64,000 bases of DNA from Neoechinorhynchus agilis (GCA_051530055.1 CM121341.1:18020784-18084783), one strand, 5' to 3'. Positions 25,831 through 38,254 are shown, counted from the first letter of the stretch. Notes: generated by a model from the sequence alone, not told the origin. Program-made: numbers and translations.

Positions 25831-26767
25831 GATCTAACCAATAAGTACAAAATTAAATCCGCAATACTTTCAGAATGATTTTTTTTAATTTATACCCATG
25901 TCTTTAAACGAAATCTTCATGATTGAAAAATGCGACGAAGCAAAATGCAAACATTTTTTGATTTTAATTAACGTTTCCATGATAATTTTCCGCTTGAAGT
26001 TAATAATGGAAGTTCTATGCGCCCAAGCAAATTTGTGCCATATTAAAATATATGACTTGCATGATTTCTTAAATCGGTCGAAACGTAGGTAACTCTATAA
26101 TCTTGTATTTGCTCTTCTTCAAGGAAAAACAGTGTTTACCCGTGTGAACACACTCAATTGTTTTTGAAAACGAATGAGAAAGCGAAAATCATTTATACAA
26201 TCGATACAGATTGGTTTACGGTTACAATACGAACTATGCATGAGTCTTCGCATAAAGCCAAACCTCCGTTCAAATCGACCGCAAATGTGTTTATTTTCCT
26301 TTTTTGCGATTTAATTTAACCAGAAAACGGATGCCGTCAAAAATCGTACAATATTTGGAATTTCACAGACACTTTTTTAATGCACAAAATGCAATTTTAT
26401 GTGGTCAAAACATTGTTTGAGCAATGATCATTAGTGAATAAAGTAAGGCGACTTGGGCTACTAAGTTGATCGCTTAAAACTTGGTTCATTAAAAGTCCTG
26501 AGCGGACGTAGACGCAAGAAGTACCTCAAATAGAAAAGTCGAAGCGTTTGAAACCTTAAAATCTATAAAGATTTGAAAGGGTTAGCTGTAAAGGAAGGAA
26601 ATGCTTGCACGGGTGAAACATACGTTAGATGGGGCTTGAACTTTTGTATTATTTGTCATGTATCATGCGCACCCTACTCAATTCCTTTAAGTTTAAAGTA
26701 ACAAAAGTGAATCATTTATCTAAACCAAATATGAAAAGACTAATGTTTCGTGTAAAACACATTCTCG

Positions 26768-28337
26768 ATGCATTTTGTACTGCTACTTATCGCATATTGT
26801 GTTGCCGAATCAATCTTGATAAGAGGGAGATTATTAAATAAGCAGCTCCCCTTAAATGATGAAATGTGGGAAGATAGTTGGCATCTGCATCAAGGATGGC
26901 TGAATATAGGGAATGCATGGAAAACTGGTTATACGGGCAAGGGCGTAGTTGTTGCAGTGGTTGATGGCGGCATTGAACAAAATCACCCCGAATTAAAAGG
27001 GCGTATTCTTAAACAGCTGCCTGAGTCAAACGAATTCCATGAACACAGCACTGCATGCGCAGGAATAATTGCTGCCAAACCAAACAACAGTAAATGCAGT
27101 GCTGGAATCGCGTACAACGCAAAGTTGATAGGCTTTGATATAAAAGAAATGATATATACGAACTTCTACTGTAATCAGACTTTGGAGCGATGTATCGGTT
27201 TATCATGGCAGTGGTGCAATATTCCTTAAGAAGATATTTTCCGTTTTGCGATTCTGCCTGAAAAATTGCATCGCTGTCCTAGATTGGACGGTGGATATTT
27301 ATAGCATCTCGTTGGGAGATTCAGATGATGGTAAAACCGTAGAACCCCGTGACAATATCATCGATACAATTTTCGCCACAAACGCCAAGTTCGGTCGAAA
27401 TGGTCTTGGATCGTCTTTTATAGTTCCGGCGGGTAATGGTGGGCATCTAGGTGATCATTGCTCTGTTGATCGGTTAGGTAATTCTCCTTACTCGATTGTA
27501 GTCACCGGAATATTGAAAGATTACTCATCACCACAATACACTGAGAGATGTGCTTCAATCATGACAACCGCTTTTACAGGCGATGGCGTGTCGGATGGTA
27601 TTGTTACAGCGGGACTAAATGGAACCTGCGATAATAATTTTTACGGTACTTCGGCGGCTGTTCCAATGGTTGCGGCGATCATCGCACTGGGTTTAGAGGC
27701 AAATCGAAATTTAACGTATCAACAGATTCAAGCTCTGATTGTTGTGTCATCGAGGAAACCTTCAGAGGAAAAATACCCAGCTGAACAATACGCTTGGTGG
27801 AAAAATGGGGCCGGTTTGTGGGTTAGCGATTTGTTTGGATATGGAGTTTTAAATCCTGAATTATTTGTACGCAACGCTATATATTTACGGAACAAAACTT
27901 CGCCAGAATTGCACATATGCAAAGCTTTCATCATCAATTCAAAAATCGAACTGCTCCACCGTTTTTCATACAAAACATTTCGAGTCTGTACAAATGCTTG
28001 TGAAGGAACAAATTTAGCTGTTCATGAACTCGCGCATGTAGTTTTGAAACTGACAATAATACCGAATATTAAACATCCGGGTCGAAGGGGATTACTAAAT
28101 ATTGAAATAAAGTCACCTAATGGATCACCCGTTACGATTTTGGGATCTCGTGTGTTTGATGTGGATACAAGAGAGGGCTTCCGACAGCAATCCTTTGTGT
28201 CTAACCTTCATTGGTTCGAGGACCCTAGAGGTTGCTGGGAAGTGACTGTCATAAATAACGATATATTTGGCTCGTTTATTATACGACATTTGAAACTGAA
28301 ATTCTTCGGATCAAATGCAAGGCGTGCTTACTTTTAA
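26768..28337 (+). CDS. Kexin/furin-like proprotein convertase (S8B catalytic domain plus P domain); the junction at 27124-27285 is not resolved
   Basis: GYTGKGVVVAVVDGG (Asp), HEHSTACAG (His), PAGNGG (oxyanion Asn), GTSAAVPMVAA (Ser), DIYSISLGDSDDG, NGAGLWVSDLFGYG, and P-domain RRGLLNIEIKSPNG...WFEDPRGCW. Confidence 0.8.
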
Positions 28338-30042
28338 AATAAACGACAATCGTCGCAATGTCTGATTTCCTACAAAATTTTTTATAATGTTTCAATTTAC
28401 ACGAAGTTTTAGATTCATTTTTTGTTTGACAAACGACAAGCCGACAAAACTGAATTGCATTCACACGAATTAGCAAACTCGAAATGTGAAATTTCGTTTG
28501 GAAATCAGCGAGCTTCCTATGTATAATGAAGATATGATCGAAAAAATCAGACTGGATGCCTACACTCAATCATATATTCCATACCAAATAGTACGAAACT
28601 CTTCATTTAATTTTTCCTTCCCATGTTGCACTCATTAAAGGTTGTGGTAGTGATTCATTAGAGATAGATATGAATCACGATATAGTTCAACATGAGACTT
28701 GTACTTATGGGACGCAGTAAAGGTTTTCACTGGTGAATTTATCTATTTTACGCTAGACCGGCAGTGCTTCTTCTTAGGTTGAAGCTAAGATTGCACTATT
28801 CGTATAAGTAAAGGAGATTAACAGACGAGTAGTTTATGAAGTGACTATCACCGCATTCGCAAGTTCGAACTTTCGCTGGACGTCGATTTTAAAGTTATGT
28901 TCTTAAGTTTAACTTTCACAAGATTAAAAATACTCAAGGTAAGTGTCTACCTGCACGAGATCTCCCCTCTCCAAAAGTATTGAAAAATCCGCTTAAGCGA
29001 ATTCATCGTAAAGCAATGAACTGGCGTTACCATGGATAGCATTTCGCAAGGTACATGAGTTTTGCAATTTTTTTGCTCTGATATTCGTAGCATTTTGATG
29101 AGCGATAGTCATATTTCAGATCAAAGTGAATACCAAAACCGCCAGGATTTATAGTTGATTTGCGAGTTAACTACGACCGATTTAATATTTACAAAGGTTA
29201 ATACAGTGAATATGTTGTATTACAAAACACATTCATATTTTTGATCAAGTATCTATAAGCTTACAACACATTTATATAACCCAATTGCAATAAATGTAAA
29301 ATATAGGGATTTCTTTAAGATTGCCGTAATTGTTAACTGCGTTGTAAGCCTCTAAGCACTTATGAATGAATCTTTCACTGATTGGTTCGACAAATTCTGT
29401 ATTTTTTCGACGTATAAAAGGCCGACTTCTATAATAATCCATAGGTTGCACCACGGTAGGAAAATAATTGAGCTGGAAAGCTGAGAGTTAGGTTATTTAA
29501 AACGGACTTTCCTTAAATGTATTAAAAGATATTGAGCAAATAGCAATACTTACCTTAAAACGAAATGTCGAGCGATTTGCACATGGACAGAAAATAGTAT
29601 CTTAAGTCATTTGAAGATTCAGTTATCAAACTGTGGGCATGACAACTAACGTCATTGAGCAATGTCATCAATACAGGTAACGATGTACCCGGACCCACGC
29701 AAACAACATTACCGAGCATTGAGCGAAGCGTGATGACTCGAAGCAACTTAAAACCTTCAACTTCTGTTGTACTCGCGACTCTTTATATAGAAAAATTGCC
29801 TTTGTCATGTCTTTGTAAAATGGCGTTGCTCAAGAAGCTAATAATTTAAATTCAAAACGCGGATGAAATTTATTTCAAATAAAATTTTAATTTAAAATTT
29901 CCTTGCGAATATTAGAACCGAGAATAGAATTTTGATTTTATTCGTCTACGGAAGCAGATCGGAGATAATTTCTGGAAACGTATCTAAAATTCGAGGCTCA
30001 AGTCCCTTAAAATTCATAATGAATTTATTGTATTTCGAAGGA

Positions 30043-31689
30043 CTAACTTTTCTCGTCTTCACTGTTCCTTGTAGGCATCCTCGCAACCGCTTTTCGAACA
30101 GCACGTCGGATAGCTGGATCAGCCTCTTGATCATTGTGCATGGATTCATTGCGCTCCTCTACATGAGATCCAGTTTCTGCATTAGGTACACATCCACCTT
30201 TGTTATCGTCGCCTTTTCGGTCCTCTTTTGTACCACCTGAATGGCGGGACTCGCTATCTGTTTCAGTTTCCTTATCGTCTTCTTCAATGTCTTCAACATC
30301 ATCATCGCTAACAGGAATCTTTCCTTCTTTGAATGCAAGACGAAGACTTTTACGGACGGGAGGTCGCTCCTCTTTTAGTTTCTTAGCTTTCGAACTCCTT
30401 TTTCTTGGTCTTCGCCGTTCACGTTCAATTCGTCCACCTCTACTAACACTTTGCCAATAGAAATAACCATGAAAAAGTTTTCTTTGAAAAGCTTACCTTG
30501 CTGTAGACGGAATTAAGCCACGTGGACTAGCAATTTGATTACTGTGGGGCAGCGTTTGCAAAAATCTTTTACAGTCGCCCTGACTTTCCAAACGAAGAAA
30601 TAATTCCAGTTGAGCTGACGTCAATCCCTCGTTATTTCCTCCAACAACAGCACTTCCACCCCCTGCAACCAAATAAAATTAACTCGGAATGAATACTATC
30701 GCATACCTCTTAAGGTAATCGCTTCCTGCAATCTTCGGGTTAACTCAACCTCATCAACCTCTCCTCCAGTTTGTAAAGCTTCCTCGTTGATTTCTCTGTG
30801 AATTCTAGTCATCAATTCTTCGACGCTAGTATCTTCTAAAGCACAATCAACAATCGGCTAAATAAAGATAAAATACTACTAAGGTAAACATTATCAAACA
30901 CAAACCTTCCTTAATTCAAATACTCTTTGGTCACGAACAAAAAATAATCGACCTCCTGTTATGTGTGAAATCCCGGACCAATATCGAGCCTCCACTTCGT
31001 GTCCACTAGTAACAGGAAAAAGAGTTATTGACTTTGATGCCATTTCTTTTGCCAACAAAATCGGATCAAATCCACATGGACATCCTTCGGGGTAAGAATC
31101 TCCTATCCTCGCGATTCCGTGCGGAATTGAGTCGGTCAACATGAATGCAAGTTTTTGTGAGCCACCGGTCCAAGATATATCGTTCAGGGCACAATTCATT
31201 GCATCGGCCATTGCTTCAGGAGCATCCCCGCCGCCAAAAGCTTCCGCTTTGTCCAGTAAATCATAAATTCTGTGAATATCTGTTGTGAGATCATTATGTT
31301 TGACAATCCAGTCTTCTTCATGATCTCGAAATTCAATAAACCAAGGGTCTCGAATGCCAATTCAAGAAGCTTATAAATTCAAGACTTTTGGAATGAGCGC
31401 AACTTTGACAATACGCTGTTTTGAGGCTATAATGTCATCTACAATTGCTTGAATTTCCTAAATGCTTATAAAGTAAAAAGCAGAAAAATGGGAAAATTTA
31501 CACCTTCTTGAGTGTGTCTATAAAATTGGACATGCTTCCTGTACAGTCCAGCATAAACGCAATTTCAAGTAATTTGGATGGTTCATAATTCGAACTCATT
31601 GAGTATTCAGTTTCGCGGACAAACGTATTTCCACAGTGAGCTGCACGCAAAAATGCCAGCGAGTGTTTCTCTGATTCATTCATACGCAA
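30043..31689 (-). CDS. vWA-domain protein (VwkA-like vWA, acidic/basic disordered tail), interrupted by a 57-nt insert with in-frame stops
   Basis: MIDAS EIAFMLDCTGSM, FRDH, AFGGGDAPEA and TDSIPHG...DSYPEGCPCGFDP. Canonical introns at 31458-31503, 30858-30905, 30663-30706 and one starting at 30496. Stop TAG at 30043-30045. The start may be 31689 or 31599. Confidence 0.75.
31338..31394. mobile_element. 57-bp MITE-like insert with 15-bp imperfect terminal inverted repeats inside a vWA exon
   Basis: CCAAGGGTCTCGAAT (31341-31355) versus ATTCAAGACTTTTGG (31377-31391), with AAT at 31335-31337 and 31392-31394. Removing 57 nt restores KVALIEFRDH. Confidence 0.6.
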
Positions 31690-32612
31690 TTCGAGGGAGA
31701 AGTGGCGTCAAAATAGACATCGAGAAGTAAGCACGCATAATTTTCCATCTCAGGGTGAAAAAAGCAGTTCCATTATAAGCATCAGCGAGATATTTCGTTG
31801 AGAATATAAGCCTTGTTTTAGAATAATCAACTTCACGGGCTGAGCAAAGCTCGCAGTCGCTGCATTCGCACATTTTAAATTGTTATCGTTTTGGTATTTG
31901 TTGGAATTATTTTTCGTAGCGGAAAAAATTTAAGGAATTTATTAGCTAGAATATTTCGGCGCAATATTGTGTCGTTATTGAGGTTACGTTAAAGTTTTCT
32001 TAAGTGCGTTTGAAGCAATCTTGATAAAGGAACAAGATTGTGCGCCGAAATTTCCGCAATAAACCCATGAACAATTGAATCATGTTTCAAAAAATATAAT
32101 CTAAAAAACGCACCATAAATTTCAAAAATTATATCGTTTAGACACTACATTAATAGTCCGATTATCACCAGTTAAAAAACCGTTCGCATTTTTGTAACAG
32201 AAATTAAAAAAACTTTGAAAAGAATTGATATGAAAATCGACGTTATTTATCGAAAATGCGATTTTAACTAATTTTTTGTAGATATGTTTGACATAAATTT
32301 ATTAGAAATACTTTATTGTATTCCAAAAAATTGGTTGCCTAGCATAAGTGCTACTATGAATGTGATAAATGGTGTTAAAAAGAAATTAACTTCGAAACTA
32401 AAAATTTGTTCAACAGTATTTTGAGTGCCTTTAGGGGCAATCAAATCTCCAAGTCGTGTACTATTATAAACGCCCACAATATCCAGCCTTGTTTCCCTTT
32501 CTCGTTATGCATATAAAAGAAAGGAAATGCAGTATACACATAAAGCTGACGCATCTCTACACACGAATTTCCTTCGCCCTCCAACTCTGTTGCTTTAGAC
32601 TTAAACCACGAA

Positions 32613-33074
32613 ATGTCGCGAAAATCGGCGCAATGTCTCACAAAGGTCGACTTGGATTCGCCATTCTTCAGTAATCTTGTTGCGAAGGATGGGACATTGG
32701 TCGCTAAACTACCTGAGAATCTAAAGTACGTTTGTCTTTACTTTTCAGCCCATTGGTGTCCTCCATGCAAGAGATTTACGCCCAATTTGGTTAATTTCTA
32801 CAACGCGCATCATGAATCTAAGGAATTCGAGATTATCTTCATTAGCGCCGATCGTGATAAGAAGTGCTTTCAAGAATATTTCAACACGATGCCATGGCTT
32901 GCCGTCGATTTTGATGCTGAGGCGAGGGATCAGTGCATGAACGATTATTCAATCAATTCAATTCCTCGGTTGGTTGTTATTGAAGTCGCTACAGGTGAAA
33001 TTGTATGCCAGGACGGTTATGCGAAAATGAGTACGGATCTTGCGGGTGAGAGATTTCCGTGGGGCAGAAATTGA
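32613..33074 (+). CDS. Single-domain nucleoredoxin/tryparedoxin-like thioredoxin, copy 1
   Basis: LYFSAHWCPPCKRFTP, FEIIFISADRD, MPWLA, SIPRLVVI and FPW; intronless 153 aa. Confidence 0.92.
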   Translation: MSRKSAQCLTKVDLDSPFFSNLVAKDGTLVAKLPENLKYVCLYFSAHWCPPCKRFTPNLVNFYNAHHESKEFEIIFISADRDKKCFQEYFNTMPWLAVDFDAEARDQCMNDYSINSIPRLVVIEVATGEIVCQDGYAKMSTDLAGERFPWGRN

Positions 33075-33995
33075 AAAATTGCTTGGGGTTCAAAGAATTT
33101 TCTCAATAAAACGAATTTAAAAACAAATCGAAATATGACTTCTAAATTTAAGGATTAAAGAAGGCAAAGTATAAATTTGAAATGTCATTTGTTTTATTTA
33201 TCACTGAAAGAGCCAATATTTGAAGAGATATTATTAGCTTTTTAGGCGCTGATATTATCCAAATGAACTTTAAAAGAAGTAAACGGATTTGACAACAATT
33301 TTGTTTTAAATCTCAAAGAAACTGATTTCAACATTTTTAAAGGGAGCCATTTTCCTAACGGGTTTTTCAAAGTATTGTAAATGGATTTCTTGGGAATAGA
33401 ATTTACGGCGTTTGACGTGCGAATAAAGGCGTAAGCGATTTTTAATGGAAACCCCATTTTTTATAATCGTGCCTCGCGATCAAGACGAACAACTATGTTG
33501 GTTGATATATAAAACCACTCAATTAATCGCGAAGATTAGAAAGCTATATGGATAGTAATGTTTAAAAATCTTTGACGCATTTTTGAAAAATGTGGGATTC
33601 ACAAACGAATGAGTAAATAGTGAGTAGGACGAAATGACAAATGCGTGTAGATTAAGTGCGTCCGAGTGTTTGCTGTTCTCGTCACACAAGTAAAAGCTCG
33701 TCTCTTTCATGTGGTACTTTACTCAATTTCTTTTCAAAAAGAATGATTTGTCCAGCATTCAATAATATATTACTACTTTATTCGCGCATTATCCTTGAGC
33801 TGTAATTTCAATTAATACTATTCTAAGAGTCGACTTTTCGGCTAAATGTAACCAAGGAAGTAAGAGAAAAAGACGTCGTGCTCGCGACTTCGCCTTCAAC
33901 TGCTTCATAAAAAGAAATCCATGCGTAAACCTCACGACAGTGATTTTACGTTTTATAACCAACTATTTTACGGCGCTCATTTTAGCGAAGTCTCC

Positions 33996-34301
33996 GTAGT
34001 TGTGCTGAGGTGGACAAGTGGACTGAAACTCCTGATCCCAGTTAGGGGTAACGGGTTCGAATCTGTTACCGCCGATGACGCACAACCAAAGGGAATGAAA
34101 TAGCGCTGAAGGGAGGGGGAAACCCACTGATGAGTCCCGCCTCCTCGGGAGGTATCTGAGAATCCGGCGGGATGCGTACAAACTCTTTACCGTATACATC
34201 AGAGTCTAAGCGATTCAATCACTTCTCTGTTGTAAGAGATCGGTGTGGCTTCATGCCGTGGCCTTATGCCAAAAGCTCAGAAAGGGATTAATAACCTGAA
34301 T
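33996..34301 (+). mobile_element. tRNA-derived SINE-like element: tRNA-Ser-like head, disrupted hammerhead-like body, structured 3' module
   Basis: Head GTAGTTGTGCTGAGGTGG...TGGACTGAAACTCC...GGTAACGG-GTTCGAAT-CTGTTACC (B box, 8-bp T stem). CTGATGA at 34127-34133. The 3' module 34219-34301 recurs at 45765-45849. Confidence 0.6.
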
Positions 34302-35327
34302 CAAAAATACTCGGCTTGCCAGTAACATTTAAGGAGTAAAAATATACGTTGATCATAATTAGGAAAACTTTCTCAATTTTTGAAGCGGTTATATTTTAAG
34401 TATTTTAGGAGCATAGAAAGGTCGACAAAATGAAAATTCTTCTCCTTTCATGGTTGAAAATATCTTCTACCAAGGTAGCGAAAATCTTGGAGTTCCAGTT
34501 CCTTATAAATGTTCAGCTTGAGAACATTCAAGGAGAATGACATATTATTGATCTACGGTCTGATTCCCTAAGTGCAGATTGTGGTACAAAGGCATTAAAT
34601 TTGCTAAGTGTCAATTTTCGAAATTTGTTTCTGCTTAGTTAAGCGATTTTTTCTTGTACTGGAATAAATTAAAGTCGTTAGTTAGCATTATTCGGCAATT
34701 ATTGTTCTCGGAAATGTTTCAATTAACAAAATTAAAATGATCGTGCAGAAATCCAAGGATACGGTCGACGAATCGCACGAAAATGTGGGATTAAGCCGGA
34801 TTATCTACGTTCCCAATTTATATACATCCATTAGACATTGACCGATTTATCACATCAATGTCATAAAAAACATAAGGGAAGTATCGGAAGACTACTGAGT
34901 CTCAATTCATGAAACTCTGCAGTAAAACAAACTTCACGAAAATATATATTAATTCGGCAATATATTTCAACCTAGGTTCGCTTTATCCCTGTTCAAAATG
35001 CACACAAATTCGGTAAATATAGAACAGATGTCTCTCGCATTAGTTGTATTAATCTATTGCTTTTGGGAAAATATGAAAATAATAATCCATACACTTTTGT
35101 GGACGTCACCATTCACGGCAATATTTGTAACATTTAGCGACTCATTGCAATATTTTGTATGTACAAAAAGAGAATTATCGCTTGCCGGGTCCAAAATGCA
35201 CCTCACGGATCCTTTAACAGATTCCCAATAATCCTAATGCTTTACGAGTGGATAAAACAACTCGATACTGTGCCCATAATTGAAAATTCTCTTTTTTACC
35301 ATCTTTTTCTAGAATTGACACGCGCAA

Positions 35328-35789
35328 ATGCCTTCCAAAACGGATAAAGAGCAGAATAAAGTAAATTTGGATTCACCGCTCTTCACTAATCTCATTGGGA
35401 AGGACGGAAAGATAGTGGAAAAACTGGCAAAGGACCTCAAATACGTCTGTTTATACTTCTCCGCCCATTGGTGTCCTCCATGCAAGACACTTACGCCAAA
35501 ATTGGTCACATTCTACGAATCGTATCACGAATCTAAGAGTTTCGAAATTATCTTCATCAGTGCTGATCAGGGCAAGAAACAGTTTGAAAACTATTTTGAT
35601 TCAATGCCGTGGTTGGCTCTCGATTTTGAGTCCGAGTCAAAGGATAATATTTTGTCTGAGTACTCGGTTAATTCGATTCCTCGCTTGATTATCATTGATA
35701 TAAATGCAAAGGAGGTTGTGTGTCAAGATGCTCAATCTTACGTAGCGAAGGATCCAGAAGGCGAGAAGTTTCCATGGAATCAAGTCTGA
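35328..35789 (+). CDS. Single-domain nucleoredoxin/tryparedoxin-like thioredoxin, copy 2
   Basis: LYFSAHWCPPCKTLTP, MPWLA and FPW; same length (153 aa) and colinear with copy 1. Confidence 0.92.
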   Translation: MPSKTDKEQNKVNLDSPLFTNLIGKDGKIVEKLAKDLKYVCLYFSAHWCPPCKTLTPKLVTFYESYHESKSFEIIFISADQGKKQFENYFDSMPWLALDFESESKDNILSEYSVNSIPRLIIIDINAKEVVCQDAQSYVAKDPEGEKFPWNQV

Positions 35790-35908
35790 ACGGCTGTTTT
35801 TCTTAGTGTAGCTTCGATTAATAAATATAAAGTTACTCCATCAGGTTATGTAAGGAGTCTTTTTGAAACTCGGATCGATAAAAACGAAAATTTATATTGA
35901 TTTTCCTC

Positions 35909-37770
35909 AGGTAAACATCCTTAAAAACAAAGAGTTAACTTCAAATATTCCAATCACTCGATGGAGATCGAATTTAAATTAACTGTTTGTTTTGAGGAAT
36001 TATGCCCAGGTAAAATGAGTTCACTTCAAATTCGAACGTTGTCGAACAACCGGGAATTTAATCGAGGGTTATCCAGGAAAGGACTATAGACGTGTAACAT
36101 TTACATAAAATCTGACCGCTCGACGACGTTAAAATTTAAAGTTAAAACCCATTGTTATTGATCATTTTATTCAGGTAAAAATCCTCAAAAACAAAGAGTT
36201 AACTTTAAATTTAAACGTCGTCAAGCGATTGGGGATTTAATCGAATGGTTATCCAGGAAAGGACCATAGACGTTTTAGCGTTCGATTAAATCTTCCAATC
36301 TGGCGATGGCATTCGAATTTAAGGTTAGCTCGTTTTGTTGATTCTTTTCACTTGAGCAAAATAAGGAAAAATTTTCGTTTCTTTAATTCGGATTTCGGGA
36401 AGCGAAAATTATTTCTGATTTTTCTCAGGTAAAAGTTCTCAACACAAAACGCTCACTTAAATTTTCAACGTTATTGAGCGATTGGAAGATTTAATAGAAA
36501 GGTTATCCAATGAAGGCCATAGACGTGTCAACATTCGATTAAATTCCCAATTGTGAATTGTTACACACTTGAGCCTTATTATTGAAATCTTCATTGCGAA
36601 TTTCCAAGGCATCAGCCTCCTTCTCAAACACGAGTGTGTAACAATTCGCCATTGAGAATACACATCCACTTGAAGGAACAATTGGATAGAATTCGATTAA
36701 ATCGTCCAAACGCGCGAGGACGTTAGAATTTAAAGTGAATTTATTGTTTTTATGATTTTTACCTGGAATAAATAATCAATAACAAAGATTTAACTTTAAA
36801 TTCGAATGTCGTCGCGTGATTGGAAGATTTAGTCGAAAGCTTACAAGTCTATGATCCTTTCCTGGATTTCTTGGGTAACCTTTTGACTAAATCTCCCAAT
36901 CGCTCGACGACGTTCCAAATAAAGGTGAACTCGTTGTATTTGAGGATTTTTACTGAGTAAAATAATCAATAGCAAAGAGTTAACTTAAAATTCGAACGTC
37001 GTCCAGCGATAGGGTATTTAAGCAAAATATTATCCAGGAAAAGAGCACGGACATGTAGCCTTTCGATTAAATCTCATAGTCGCTCGACGACGTTCAAAGT
37101 TTAAGTTATCTCTTCGTTATTGATTATTTGACTTAGGTAAAAAATCCACGAAAACAAAGGGTTTACTTCAAATTCGAACGTCATAGAGCGATTAGGAGAT
37201 TTAGTCGAAAGGTTATCCAAGAAAGGACAATAGACGAGTAACCTATCGATGAAATCTTGCGATCGCTCGACGAAGTTTGAATTTAGAGTTAAATCTTTAC
37301 TATTGATGATTTTACTCAGCAAAAATCCTCAAAACAACGAGTTGACTTTTATTTTGAACGCTATCGAGCGATTGGGAGATTTAGTCGAAAGGTTATCCAG
37401 GAAAGGAAAATGGACGTGTAACCTTTCGATAAAATCTTGCGATCGCTCGACGACGTTTGAATTTAGAGTTAAATCTTTACTATTGATGATTTTACTCAGC
37501 AAAAATCTTCAAAACAACGAGTTCACTTTTATTTTGAACGCCATCGAGCGGTTGGGAGATTTAGTCGAAAGGTCATCCAGGAAAGGACCATAGACGTGTA
37601 ACTTTTCGATTAAATCCTCCAATGACTCGACGACGTTCAAATTTAATTCTTTGTTATTAACTATTTTGCTTAGTTAATAATTCTCAAAAAATAAAGAGTT
37701 AACTTTAAATTTGAACGTCATCGAGCGATTGGGCAATTTAATTGAAGGGTTATCGAAGATAGGACCATCT
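35909..37770. repeat. Tandem array of about ten ~180-bp units, each a long internal palindrome
   Basis: Unit consensus AACAAAGAGTTAACTTTAAATTCGAACGTCGTCGAGCGATTGGGAGATTTAATCGAAAGGTTA-[TCCAGGAAAGGACCATAGACGTG]-reverse complement. AGCAAAAATC recurs at about 37319 and 37499 (period 180). Confidence 0.9.
36555..36688 (-). mobile_element. Family D PLE-derived element inserted into a satellite unit
   Basis: TTGCGAATTTCCAAGGCATCAGCCTCCTTCTCAA matches 40339-40372. 36633-36688 is the reverse complement of 40262-40317. Confidence 0.65.
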
Positions 37771-38254
37771 GTTGACGTAAAACCACCTGATAACCGTCGT
37801 AATCGCGCGCGTTTGTTGTGGCAGTTAATTGTTGGCGCCGCTTTCGATGAATTCCCAAACATTGGGGAGATGTAGAAACTTAATTGAGAAGTGCGATTTT
37901 GGATGCAAACGAGTTTCTCGATTTCTGACGTAACTATTCGCAATCGCTTCAAGAATATCGATTTGAATGCACTAAAGTTAAAGCTTGTTAGGTGTAAAAT
38001 AGTCGAAATTCAACTCTATGATTTTTTCGTTTATTAGGCACGCCCACGTCCTTTCGTTGGATCGGTCGCTTTAAGACGAATTGTCTTTTAAAATGTCTTT
38101 AGTCTAAAAACGAAAATTTCAGAATCTGAGTACGCGGTGAACTTCATTTTCCTCCATAATCGTCCCTTATTCGGTACCTTTCCGTTTTTCTCATTTGTAT
38201 CCAAACGCTTTGATATGCTCGGTTTTTCGCTAATAACCAATGCTCATTCTATAG

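Noticed and set aside
29272-29849. Possible small spliced gene on the minus strand (strong GTAAGT donor near 29550)
   Set aside because: No consistent in-frame model or homology could be established.
35909-37770. CRISPR-like array, or coding ORFs 37101-37322 and 37249-37593
   Set aside because: Whole units including the loops are repeated, so there are no unique spacers, there are no cas genes and the context is eukaryotic. The ORFs simply translate the repeat.
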